DNA of 64,000 nucleotides from Escherichia coli (GTDB lineage Bacteria; Pseudomonadota; Gammaproteobacteria; Enterobacterales; Enterobacteriaceae): NCBI RefSeq assembly GCF_003790525.1, contig NZ_CP033635.1; one strand, 5' to 3'. Shown piece by piece: positions 10,880 to 19,894 of this stretch (position 1 is its first letter; each line of letters starts with the position of its first letter). The notes under the pieces were generated by a model. It saw only the letters and a program-made list of their open reading frames with translations, ran no database searches and was not told where the DNA came from. The position numbers and the translations under genes were made by a program.

Positions 10880-11446
10880 GCAATCAATGCCCGGTTGCGT
10901 GCGCGTACACCGGGCAGTTTCTCCGTCATACAATCATTCTTTTTCTTGTCTAAATGTTGTTAATATTTAACAACTCTCGATAGTTATTATATTTTCCCAT
11001 TATTGAATCCCGTAATAAAATAAAGAAGATAATGGTTTTGTGTCTTGAATATATATTTATTGATTTAATTAATATTAAATTTTAGCAATAAATGATGGTA
11101 AGGTCATTATAATTTTTTTTAGTGTGCTTTATAAGCAATTCATTTTTGTTGATTATAATAGTTTGTTTTTTTGTTGATAATTCGCATGTTTTTTTGTTGG
11201 AAAGTGGTGAAAGTATTTTGTAGATGTATTAATTAATAAAATCTACATAAAGTGTTTAAGTATTACTAAATTGAGTTTTTTTATAGATAAGACCAACATA
11301 CAGACACACCAGAGAATACTTGTTTACATTCTATGATTATATTGGAGTGTATATGTTCAATGGCTAACTATAAATATCGGGCATAATATATATTAATTTT
11401 ATGTCAGGTGTTTATATTATAACTCTTAATGATTTAAGGACAAATA

Positions 11447-12013
11447 ATGAGTAAGTTTGCCAAAACAGCCATTGCTGCGGCGATGGTCATGGGCGCAGTT
11501 GTTTCCAGTTCTGCATTTGCAGCAGGCAACAACGGTACCGCGCGCTTCTACGGCACCATTGAAGACTCCCCGTGCTCTATCGTTCCAGACGATCACAAAC
11601 TGGAAGTCGATATGGGTGACATCGGTGCGGCTAAACTGACCGGCGGTGGCACCACCACACCGAAAGATTTCCAGATCCGTTTACAGGACTGCGTGTTTTC
11701 CACTGAAACAAACATGGAGACCACGTTCACCGGTACTAACTACGCGGGGCCAGCCAACACAGATAACTATGCGTTATTCAACGTTGACAGCGGTGTTGCC
11801 ATGAAGAATGTGAGCCTGGTGATCGGCGATACCCATGGCAAAGGTTATAAAGTGGGCGAAAAGATTGTTCAGCCAATCGTGATGGATGCTTCAACCAGCA
11901 AAGGTAAAGACAAGCAAACGCTGAACTTTAAAGCCTGGCTGGTGGGTGAAACCGAAGCGCCGGATCTCGGCCAGTTCGAAACCCTGACCACATTCCAGAT
12001 TACCTATCTCTGA
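11447..12013 (+). CDS. yfcV: Fimbrial major subunit-like protein (chaperone-usher pilus)
   Basis: 188-aa ORF with signal peptide and pilin-like C-terminus; first gene after a ~530 bp AT-rich leader. Confidence 0.8.
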   Translation: MSKFAKTAIAAAMVMGAVVSSSAFAAGNNGTARFYGTIEDSPCSIVPDDHKLEVDMGDIGAAKLTGGGTTTPKDFQIRLQDCVFSTETNMETTFTGTNYAGPANTDNYALFNVDSGVAMKNVSLVIGDTHGKGYKVGEKIVQPIVMDASTSKGKDKQTLNFKAWLVGETEAPDLGQFETLTTFQITYL

Positions 12014-12087
12014 TGTGACAACCCCACAGCGTTCTGCTGTGGGGTTTTTCAACACGCAACAGATTTACGACTGTTTCACAAACGGAT

Positions 12088-14742
12088 ATGTGTATGCCTA
12101 ATCACTCAAATTTTCGGCTGCGGGGAATCGCCTGCTATATTGCGCTGGCAATCTCAGGTGGATCAGTCAATGCATGGGCTGATGATTCCATTCAATTTGA
12201 CCCCCGTTTCCTTGAGTTAAAGGGCGACACGAAAATTGATCTCGGTAAGTTTTCAAAAAAAGGGTATGTCGACGCGGGAAAATATAATTTACGTGTATTT
12301 ATAAATAAACAACCCCTTTCTGATGAATACGACATTAACTGGTATGTTTCTGAAAACGATCCAACAAAAACGTATGCCTGCCTGACACCTGAGTTAGTGG
12401 CGGCGCTGGGGCTGAAAGAAGGGATAGCAAAAAGCCTGCAGTGGACGCACAACGATGAATGCCTTAAACCGGGGCAATTAGATGGGATGGAAGTCGAGAA
12501 TGATTTAAGCCAGTCGGCGTTGCTGCTGACAGTGCCACAGGCTTATCTCGAATATACCAGCAGCGACTGGGACCCACCCTCACGCTGGGACGACGGTATT
12601 CCTGGCCTGATTGCCGACTACAGCCTCAATGCGCAAACCCGCCACCAGGAGCAGGGTGGCGAGGACTCACATGATATCAGCGGCAACGGTACCGTTGGGG
12701 CGAACCTGGGGGCATGGCGTTTCCGCGCAGACTGGCAAAGTGATTATCAGCACACCCGCAGCAACGATGACGACGATGACAGCAGTAACAGTACAACGAG
12801 CAAAAACTGGGACTGGAGCCGTTATTACGCCTGGCGGGCCTTACCCTCTTTAAAAGCGAAGCTGTCGCTGGGGGAAGATTATCTCAATTCCGATATTTTC
12901 GACGGCTTTAACTATATTGGCAGCAGCGTCAGCACCGATGACCAGATGCTGCCGCCCAACCTGCGCGGCTATGCGCCGGATGTCTCCGGCGTGGCGCACA
13001 GCAGTGCAAAAGTCACCATTAGCCAGATGGGCCGGGTACTTTACGAAACCCAGGTTCCCGCCGGGCCATTCCGCATTCAGGATATCGGCGACTCCGTCTC
13101 CGGCACACTGCACGTCCGCGTTGAAGAACAGAATGGTCAGGTGCAGGAATATGACGTTACGACCGCATCTATGCCATTCCTCACGCGCCAGGGGCAGGTG
13201 CGTTACAAAGTGATGATGGGGCGTCCGGAAGACTGGAACCACAAGACCGAAGGCGGCTTTTTCTCCGGCGGAGAAGCGTCATGGGGGGTGGCAGATGGCT
13301 GGTCGCTCTACGGTGGCGCGCTGGCAGATGAACACTACCAGTCGGCGGCGATGGGGGTGGGGCGCGACCTCGCACAGTTTGGCGCGCTGGCGTTCGATGT
13401 GACTCACTCGCACGTCAACCTGGATCATGACAGCGCATACGGCAAAGGAAAACTGGACGGCAACTCCTTTCGCGTGAGCTATGCCAAAGACTTTGACGAA
13501 CTCAACAGCCGCGTCACCTTTGCAGGCTACCGTTTTTCTGAAAAGAACTTCATGACCATGAGCGAGTATCTGGACGCGAACCAGTCGGACATGGCGCGGA
13601 CCGGTAACGACAAAGAGATGTATACGATCACCTATAACCAGAACTTTGCCGCTGCGGGTGTCTCGATCTATCTCAACTACTCCCATCGTACTTACTGGGA
13701 TCGCCCGGAACAGACAAACTATAACCTGATGTTTTCCCACTATTTTAATATGGGGAGCATTCGCAACGTGAGCATCTCGGTGACCGGCTATCGCTACGAA
13801 TATGACGATAACGCGGATAAGGGGATGTACCTCAGCATGAGCATTCCGTGGAGCGACAGCAGCACCGTGACCTACAACGGTTCCTACGGCAGCGGGTCGG
13901 ACAGCAGCCAGGTCGGTTACTTTAAGCGCGTTGATGACGCAACGCACTACCAGGTTAACGTCGGTACCAGCGAACAGCACGGCAGCGTGGATGGTTATCT
14001 GAGTCACGACGGCTCGCTGGCGAAGGTTGATCTCAGCGCCAACTACCATGAGGGGGAATACCGCTCGGCGGGGATCGCCTTACAGGGCGGGGCAACGCTG
14101 ACCGCGCATGGTGGGGCGCTGCATCGCACTCAAAGCATGGGCGGTACGCGCCTGCTGATTGACGCCGACGGGATTGCCAATGTGCCGGTCGAAAGCAACG
14201 GCGCGCCGGTGTACACCAATATGTTTGGCAAGGCGGTGGTCGCCGATATTAACAACTACTATCGCAATCAGGCGTATATCGATTTAAACAACCTGCCAGA
14301 AGATGCGGAAGCCACCCAGTCGGTGGTACAGGCAACCCTGACGGAAGGTGCAATTGGCTATCGCAAATTCAAAGTGATCAGCGGGCAAAAAGCGATGGCG
14401 GTACTGCGGTTGCGTGACGGCAGCTACCCGCCGTTTGGCGCGGAAGTGAAAAACGACGAGCAGCAGCAGGTTGGCATTGTGGATGATGAAGGCAATGTCT
14501 ATCTGGCGGGAGTCAATGCGGGTGAGCATATGACGGTGTTCTGGGAAGGCAGCGCACAATGCGAGATCGTATTGCCGAAGCCGCTACCTGCCGATCTGTT
14601 CAGCGGCCTGTTGTTGCCGTGTGAACAAAAGGGAACGGCAGCCCCTGATTCTTCAGCGCCAGAAATTAAGCCTGTTATTCAGGACCAGACGCGGCAAGTC
14701 ACACCAACGGAAGCGCCGACGTCAATTTCAGCTACTCAATAA
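12088..14742 (+). CDS. yfcU: Fimbrial outer-membrane usher protein, full length
   Basis: Uninterrupted 884-aa ORF, usher-sized, between pilin and chaperone genes. Confidence 0.85.
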   Translation: MCMPNHSNFRLRGIACYIALAISGGSVNAWADDSIQFDPRFLELKGDTKIDLGKFSKKGYVDAGKYNLRVFINKQPLSDEYDINWYVSENDPTKTYACLTPELVAALGLKEGIAKSLQWTHNDECLKPGQLDGMEVENDLSQSALLLTVPQAYLEYTSSDWDPPSRWDDGIPGLIADYSLNAQTRHQEQGGEDSHDISGNGTVGANLGAWRFRADWQSDYQHTRSNDDDDDSSNSTTSKNWDWSRYYAWRALPSLKAKLSLGEDYLNSDIFDGFNYIGSSVSTDDQMLPPNLRGYAPDVSGVAHSSAKVTISQMGRVLYETQVPAGPFRIQDIGDSVSGTLHVRVEEQNGQVQEYDVTTASMPFLTRQGQVRYKVMMGRPEDWNHKTEGGFFSGGEASWGVADGWSLYGGALADEHYQSAAMGVGRDLAQFGALAFDVTHSHVNLDHDSAYGKGKLDGNSFRVSYAKDFDELNSRVTFAGYRFSEKNFMTMSEYLDANQSDMARTGNDKEMYTITYNQNFAAAGVSIYLNYSHRTYWDRPEQTNYNLMFSHYFNMGSIRNVSISVTGYRYEYDDNADKGMYLSMSIPWSDSSTVTYNGSYGSGSDSSQVGYFKRVDDATHYQVNVGTSEQHGSVDGYLSHDGSLAKVDLSANYHEGEYRSAGIALQGGATLTAHGGALHRTQSMGGTRLLIDADGIANVPVESNGAPVYTNMFGKAVVADINNYYRNQAYIDLNNLPEDAEATQSVVQATLTEGAIGYRKFKVISGQKAMAVLRLRDGSYPPFGAEVKNDEQQQVGIVDDEGNVYLAGVNAGEHMTVFWEGSAQCEIVLPKPLPADLFSGLLLPCEQKGTAAPDSSAPEIKPVIQDQTRQVTPTEAPTSISATQ

Positions 14743-14761
14743 TCTGATTAAGGAACGATCA

Positions 14762-15514
14762 ATGTCTTATAAATTATCCAGTTCAATGGTCGTCAGCACG
14801 GCGCTGGCGGCACTGCTTTCCACCGTCAGCCTGGCGGCGCACGCCTCGGTCACCCCGGACCGCACCCGTCTGGTGTTTAACGAAAGCGATAAATCGATCA
14901 GCGTGACGTTGCGTAACAACAACGAAAAGCTGCCTTACCTGGCGCAAAGCTGGCTGGAAGACGAGAAGGGCAACAAAATCACCTCGCCGCTGGCGGTACT
15001 GCCGCCGGTGCAGCGTATTGACGCCATGATGAACGGCCAGGTGAAGATTCAGGCGCTGCCGGACATTCACACGCTGCCATCTGACCGTGAAAGCCTGTTC
15101 TACTACAACGTGCGTGAGATCCCGCCAAAGACCGGGAAAGCCAACACCCTGCAAATTGCCCTGCAAACGCGCATCAAGCTGTTCTGGCGACCAAAGGCGC
15201 TGGAGAAGATTGACATGAGAAAACCGTGGCAGTTTAAGGTGACGCTCACGCGCAGCGGCCAGGACTATACCGTCAATAACCCGACGCCATACCACGTCAT
15301 CATCAGCGATGCCAGCACACAGAAGAAAGGGCCGACCGCAGCCGGGTTTAAACCGCTGGTGATGTCGCCGAAAACGTCACAGCCGTTAAAGGCAAAAATG
15401 GACAGCGCCCCGGTGCTGACCTACATCAACGACTACGGCGCGCGCCTGCCGCTGATCTTCCGCTGTGAAGGGGACACCTGCAAGGTGGATGAAGATCAAA
15501 GCAGCAAAGGCTGA
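14762..15514 (+). CDS. yfcS: Periplasmic fimbrial chaperone (PapD-like)
   Basis: 250-aa product MSYKLSSSMVVSTALAALLS... from ATG 14762 with RBS AAGGAA; ORF-track start 14621 rejected as overlap with usher. Confidence 0.8.
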   Translation: MSYKLSSSMVVSTALAALLSTVSLAAHASVTPDRTRLVFNESDKSISVTLRNNNEKLPYLAQSWLEDEKGNKITSPLAVLPPVQRIDAMMNGQVKIQALPDIHTLPSDRESLFYYNVREIPPKTGKANTLQIALQTRIKLFWRPKALEKIDMRKPWQFKVTLTRSGQDYTVNNPTPYHVIISDASTQKKGPTAAGFKPLVMSPKTSQPLKAKMDSAPVLTYINDYGARLPLIFRCEGDTCKVDEDQSSKG

Positions 15515-15530
15515 TAACGGGAGAGCCAGG

Positions 15531-16022
15531 ATGAAAGGATCGTGGGCGTGGTTGCTGGTGGGCTGCATCGGTAGTTGCTCCGTGACGGCAGGGAGCAAAT
15601 CGGTGGATATGATTTTACGGGTGCTTGTTGATGCTCCGCCTCCTTGTACGGTAACGGGCGCGGAGGTGGAGTTCGGTAATGTTGTCATTACCAGAATTGG
15701 TGGCGTGAATTATAAGCGCCCCATTGATTACAAGCTTGTCTGTAACAACCTGGCCATGGATGACCTGCGTCTACAGATGCAGGCGGCAACGGTCGTGATT
15801 AACGGTGAAACGGTGATCAGCACGGGGATTCCTGGGTTTGGTATTCGGATTCAGAAGGCCAGCGATAGTTCGATACTCGACTTAACGTCTGGCGCATGGC
15901 TGCCGTTTAATTTCTCCTCGGGCGCACCAGCGCTGGAAGCGGTTCCGGTGAAACAGAGCGGCACGTCGTTAACGGCGGCGGAATTTAGCGCCAGCGCCAC
16001 CATTGTGGTGGATTACCAATGA
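15531..16022 (+). CDS. yfcR: Fimbrial subunit-like protein
   Basis: Signal-peptide ORF ending in the pilin-like VVDYQ; start chosen at ATG 15531 after GGAG-like RBS; start uncertain (alternatives 15465, 15489). Confidence 0.65.
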   Translation: MKGSWAWLLVGCIGSCSVTAGSKSVDMILRVLVDAPPPCTVTGAEVEFGNVVITRIGGVNYKRPIDYKLVCNNLAMDDLRLQMQAATVVINGETVISTGIPGFGIRIQKASDSSILDLTSGAWLPFNFSSGAPALEAVPVKQSGTSLTAAEFSASATIVVDYQ

Positions 16023-16489
16023 AACGGATCTCACTTCTTATGCTGTGGGGCTTTTGCTCCATGGCGCTCTCAAATGTCACTTTTCACGGTTATTTAGTGC
16101 AGCCGCCTAACTGCACCATTAGCGACGGTGAAACCATTGAATTAACCTTTCAGGACGTGAATATCGACGACATTAACGGCAGTAATTATGAGCAAATCGT
16201 GCCGTATCGCATTACTTGCGATACACCGGTTCGTGACCCTTTACTGGAAATGACCTTGAGCTGGAGCGGCACGCAGAGCGACTTTGACGATGCGGCGGTA
16301 AGCACGGACATCGCAGGCCTGGGGATTCGGCTTAAACAGGCAGGGCAGAGCTTTAAGCTGAATACGCCACTGGTGGTGGATGAAACGGCTTTGCCGGCGT
16401 TAACGGCGGTACCGGTCAAAAAGAGCGGCGTCGATTTGCCTGAGGCCAACTTTGAAGCCTGGGCTACGTTACAGGTGGATTACCAATGA
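16019..16489 (+). CDS. yfcQ: Fimbrial subunit-like protein
   Basis: 156-aa signal-peptide ORF ending QVDYQ; overlaps neighbours by 4 nt. Confidence 0.7.
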   Translation: MKRISLLMLWGFCSMALSNVTFHGYLVQPPNCTISDGETIELTFQDVNIDDINGSNYEQIVPYRITCDTPVRDPLLEMTLSWSGTQSDFDDAAVSTDIAGLGIRLKQAGQSFKLNTPLVVDETALPALTAVPVKKSGVDLPEANFEAWATLQVDYQ

Positions 16490-17010
16490 CGAAAAAACAT
16501 GCGTTGGTTTTTATCAGCAGTCTGCTGTTACTGTGCAGCAGTACTGCTCCGGCGGTCGACAACCTGCACTTCACCGGCAATCTGCTCGGTAAATCCTGTA
16601 CACCGGTGATCAACGGTAGTCTGCTGGCGGAGGTGCAATTTCCTACCATTGCCGCCAGCGATTTAATGCATCTTGGGCAGTCAGATCGAGTGCCGCTGGT
16701 CTTTCAGTTGAAGGATTGCAAAAGCTCTACGCTGTTTAGCGTCAGAGTGACGCTGGCGGGAACGGAAGACAGCGAACTGCCCGGATTTCTGGCTATAGAC
16801 GCCTCATCGTCAGCGTCCGGGGTCGGGATTGGTATTGAAACGGCGGCGGGCGCAGCGGTGCCTATCAACGACACGACGGGCGTGACGTTCCCGCTGAATC
16901 AGGGCAGTAACACTCTCAACTTCAATGCCTGGTTACAGACAAAAAGTGGGCGGGATGTGACGCCCGGTGATTTCAGCGCCACGGCGACGGCAACCTTTGA
17001 GTATTTTTAA
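16486..17010 (+). CDS. yfcP: Fimbrial subunit-like protein
   Basis: 174-aa signal-peptide ORF, pilin-like. Confidence 0.7.
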   Translation: MTKKHALVFISSLLLLCSSTAPAVDNLHFTGNLLGKSCTPVINGSLLAEVQFPTIAASDLMHLGQSDRVPLVFQLKDCKSSTLFSVRVTLAGTEDSELPGFLAIDASSSASGVGIGIETAAGAAVPINDTTGVTFPLNQGSNTLNFNAWLQTKSGRDVTPGDFSATATATFEYF

Positions 17011-17011
17011 G

Positions 17012-17851
17012 ATGAAAAAATGGATGATGTTTTTCGCGAGCCTGATATTGCTCGTAATGAGTGTAGGTACGCCAAAGAGTTATGCCAGGGATAAACTCAC
17101 CAGCGCAACTTTTGATAGTGTGAAAATTTACTATGGGATGGGGAGAGCAGGTTTCACCACAGGAGCCTTACATGTCACTGTGTTAACCCCAGGCGAGGTT
17201 GCCTATGGGGTATACAATACTACCGGGTATATAGGCACTGACGCGAGGGTCGTTTCATGGACGGGGTCTGGCCCTGCGCCAACGTTGACTCTTGTTGACT
17301 ATAGTAGCACTGATAACTCGTTTTGCCCTGGGATAAATACGACGCTGTTTCGATGCGCATATGAGACATTTAAAGTTACCGTTCAATCTGACAATTATGG
17401 CTGTCCGTGGATCGCCTCTTTTTATGAGGTATCAGATCAACATGCATATGGAATATATACTGGCCCAACGGATCATGCTACGGCATGCCCAACGATTCCG
17501 GTGACTTCATTTGATATTTCGTGGAATGAGAATTATGTCAGCCATAGTAAAGCGTTGCAGTTACAGTCCAATGGCTCGACCATCACCACCACGCTTTCGA
17601 CCTACCTGATGCAAGACGGCAAACTCTGTGATGGCAGCGTTTTTGATAACAGAGGAGCATACTGCCGCGTGGTCTCGGAACTGTTAACCTTTACCTCTTA
17701 CGGTTGCGATAAATCGACAGTAACGGTTTCCCCTACACGTCATCCAGTAACGGATAAACAACTGCACGATATTGTGGTGAAGGTGAATACCAGTAGCCGA
17801 CAACCGATTGATTCTACGTGTCGTTTTCAGTATGTATTGAATGAATTGTAG
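17012..17851 (+). CDS. yfcO: Fimbrial tip adhesin-like protein
   Basis: 279-aa product MKKWMMFFASLILL... from ATG 17012; last gene of the yfc operon. Confidence 0.7.
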   Translation: MKKWMMFFASLILLVMSVGTPKSYARDKLTSATFDSVKIYYGMGRAGFTTGALHVTVLTPGEVAYGVYNTTGYIGTDARVVSWTGSGPAPTLTLVDYSSTDNSFCPGINTTLFRCAYETFKVTVQSDNYGCPWIASFYEVSDQHAYGIYTGPTDHATACPTIPVTSFDISWNENYVSHSKALQLQSNGSTITTTLSTYLMQDGKLCDGSVFDNRGAYCRVVSELLTFTSYGCDKSTVTVSPTRHPVTDKQLHDIVVKVNTSSRQPIDSTCRFQYVLNEL

Positions 17852-17892
17852 TGACTCTGGTACGGATGGTCGGGTATCGGCCATCCGTTATG

Positions 17893-18552
17893 TCATGCGG
17901 TCATCCAGTTTTTTAGAATATTCGCCACCACGGGAGCGAAAGGTGCCAGATAACCGTCGACGGGGGTGAGTAATTCGTCGATAACCGCTTGCAGCAGGTC
18001 GTCATCCTCAAGCCCCTCTGAAGGGTCAATGCCATTAGCCCACAGAAGGCTGTCGGAAAGCTGCTTACGTTTTTCAATCAATGCCCGATTATTACGTTCA
18101 CTATCGCCAAGGTTGAGTACCTTAATCGCATCGATAGCTCTCGGCGTCGTCCCTTCAATTCGACCACTGATCTTGAAGATAAACTCGGTTTCACATTCCG
18201 GCATAAGCGGCGTTAACAGCAATGGCTGGTTCTTATGCGAGTCGTCACACTGGCCTTTTGTTTTGCAGCTTGCAACGATATTCGTGAATTCCAGACTGCG
18301 AGCAGGAGCTAAATCCCTGGCTTCGACATGTTCATTAACGGTATCGCGGTTTGTACCTGTCACGCGATCGCAGCAATAAGCACAGAGATAAAATTGCTCC
18401 TGAGCGCACTGCTGGCTGAGATCGCCAACGATATCCCATTTTTTTTGCGCATAAAGTTCCTGAAACCACTGATTGGCATTTTTATCCCGTGGTTTTGCTC
18501 TCACCCACTGTTGCAAACTGGCCGGCGGTTGCCCTTTAGTTATTTCGCGCAT
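17893..18552 (-). CDS. HNH-motif endonuclease-like protein, candidate Septu PtuB-type effector
   Basis: 219-aa ORF with Cys pair C57/C60-C61, N73-E74-H75, then C96/C102 and H106 (Cys pair - N..H - Cys pair - H, as in HNH zinc nucleases); start overlaps upstream ATPase gene by 17 nt; absent from this position in K-12 as recalled. Confidence 0.75.
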   Translation of the reverse strand: MREITKGQPPASLQQWVRAKPRDKNANQWFQELYAQKKWDIVGDLSQQCAQEQFYLCAYCCDRVTGTNRDTVNEHVEARDLAPARSLEFTNIVASCKTKGQCDDSHKNQPLLLTPLMPECETEFIFKISGRIEGTTPRAIDAIKVLNLGDSERNNRALIEKRKQLSDSLLWANGIDPSEGLEDDDLLQAVIDELLTPVDGYLAPFAPVVANILKNWMTA

Positions 18553-19894
18553 GTTTAATTTCCTGTTTGCGCAGAAGCATTCTGGCTTTCACCAGTTCAA
18601 GATGGTTTTCAGGAAGTTCCAGGCTTAGCGTATTCAGAAGAGCGTTAGCGTTGATAAAGTCGTTTTTCTGAATCAGATCCAAAAGATCGTTAAGTTTTTC
18701 TGCCACTGTCGCATTGCGAATATCCGTATCCATCACATTCAAAAGCACAGTATTCGCATCTTGCCCATACAGAGACGGGAGCTGCGTTAATTCGCCATTA
18801 TCCAGAGAATAAACCAGCACATCTTTGTAATCACTGATCACTAAAGGAGAGTGGGTTGTTAAGACAAACTGGCAATGTGGGAATGTTGTCGTCAGACGCT
18901 GGATGATTGTACGCTGCCATGTTGGATGCAGGTGCATGTCCACTTCATCAATTAATACAATTCCCTCGCCGTTTAGCGGGTTTTCTAACATCGGGTTCAT
19001 CATTGCCAGGCGGCGAGCAATATCGCCGACTAACGCCATCAGTGATTTTTCACCCTGCGATAATTGCAGCACATTCAGTGTCTGGCCATTTTTATCAATC
19101 GACATATGCAGGCGAGGTTTACGCCTGACGCGTAAGTTGCTGAACCCTGGCATAAAGCGACTAATGGCCGTTCTGACGGCGGTCAACTGGCGATCCCGGG
19201 ACGAGGCCATGATTGCCGTTAATGCATTTAAGACGGTGTTATCGAGATCTATCCTGGTACTGAGCTTATCCAGAACGTCTTGGGGTAAGCCCGATTCATT
19301 TTCTGCATCTTCGCGATTGCGAAACCACTCAAAGAAACGGCGGAAATCAATACCCTGATTCAGGGCGTTATCGTAGCCATCCAGTTGCAAAAAATTATGA
19401 CGTTCTTTTATTTTCAACGGCACATCCAGCACGACACGTTCTACGGGATAGAAGGCGATAAGCGGGAAGGATGCCCCGCTATTCTGGGTGTATTGATCTC
19501 GATAAAACGCAGCCAATTGGCTGGCCTCTTGCAGGCTGGAGGCGGTGGTCGATTTTTTCCCACTGGCCGTTCTGGCAAGCAACCAACGGTAGGGCGTAGC
19601 GGCCTCCGTCGCTGGATGCGTATTCAGTACCTGAAGTTCAATTGTCGCCGAACTCCTACCGTTCAGAATAGCGTCTTCAGGAATAGGGCTACCGTTACCT
19701 TTTTCAGTACGAACTCGGGCAACGAACCAACTCAGGCTGGTTGCCAACGATTTTAATATTGATGTTTTACCTGCACCATTATTACCAATAAAAACGGTCA
19801 CATTGCTCTTGAACTCCTCCACTGGAGCCAGATGAACTTCAAGTTCTTCAAACCGCCCCAGATTAGTGAGCTTAAGCGTGCGGATATTCATCAT
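18536..19894 (-). CDS. ABC/SMC-type (AAA_15/21-like) ATPase, candidate Septu PtuA-type
   Basis: 452-aa ORF with Walker A GNNGAGKTS (res 37-45), signature-like LSQGEKS (~278-284), Walker B IVLIDEVD (~312-319) and H-loop TTHSP (~346-350); non-ATPase insert between Walker A and signature. Confidence 0.8.
   Translation of the reverse strand: MMNIRTLKLTNLGRFEELEVHLAPVEEFKSNVTVFIGNNGAGKTSILKSLATSLSWFVARVRTEKGNGSPIPEDAILNGRSSATIELQVLNTHPATEAATPYRWLLARTASGKKSTTASSLQEASQLAAFYRDQYTQNSGASFPLIAFYPVERVVLDVPLKIKERHNFLQLDGYDNALNQGIDFRRFFEWFRNREDAENESGLPQDVLDKLSTRIDLDNTVLNALTAIMASSRDRQLTAVRTAISRFMPGFSNLRVRRKPRLHMSIDKNGQTLNVLQLSQGEKSLMALVGDIARRLAMMNPMLENPLNGEGIVLIDEVDMHLHPTWQRTIIQRLTTTFPHCQFVLTTHSPLVISDYKDVLVYSLDNGELTQLPSLYGQDANTVLLNVMDTDIRNATVAEKLNDLLDLIQKNDFINANALLNTLSLELPENHLELVKARMLLRKQEIKHARNN

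Noticed and set aside
13279-14049. 256-aa minus-strand ORF (plus other ORFs at 12850-13242 and 14783-15295)
   Set aside because: Lie inside the usher and chaperone genes on the opposite strand; products are His/Arg/Val-rich with no motifs; GC-rich shadow ORFs.
14621-14761. N-terminal extension of the chaperone ORF (297-aa version)
   Set aside because: Overlaps the usher 3' end; ATG at 14762 with RBS gives a normal signal peptide.
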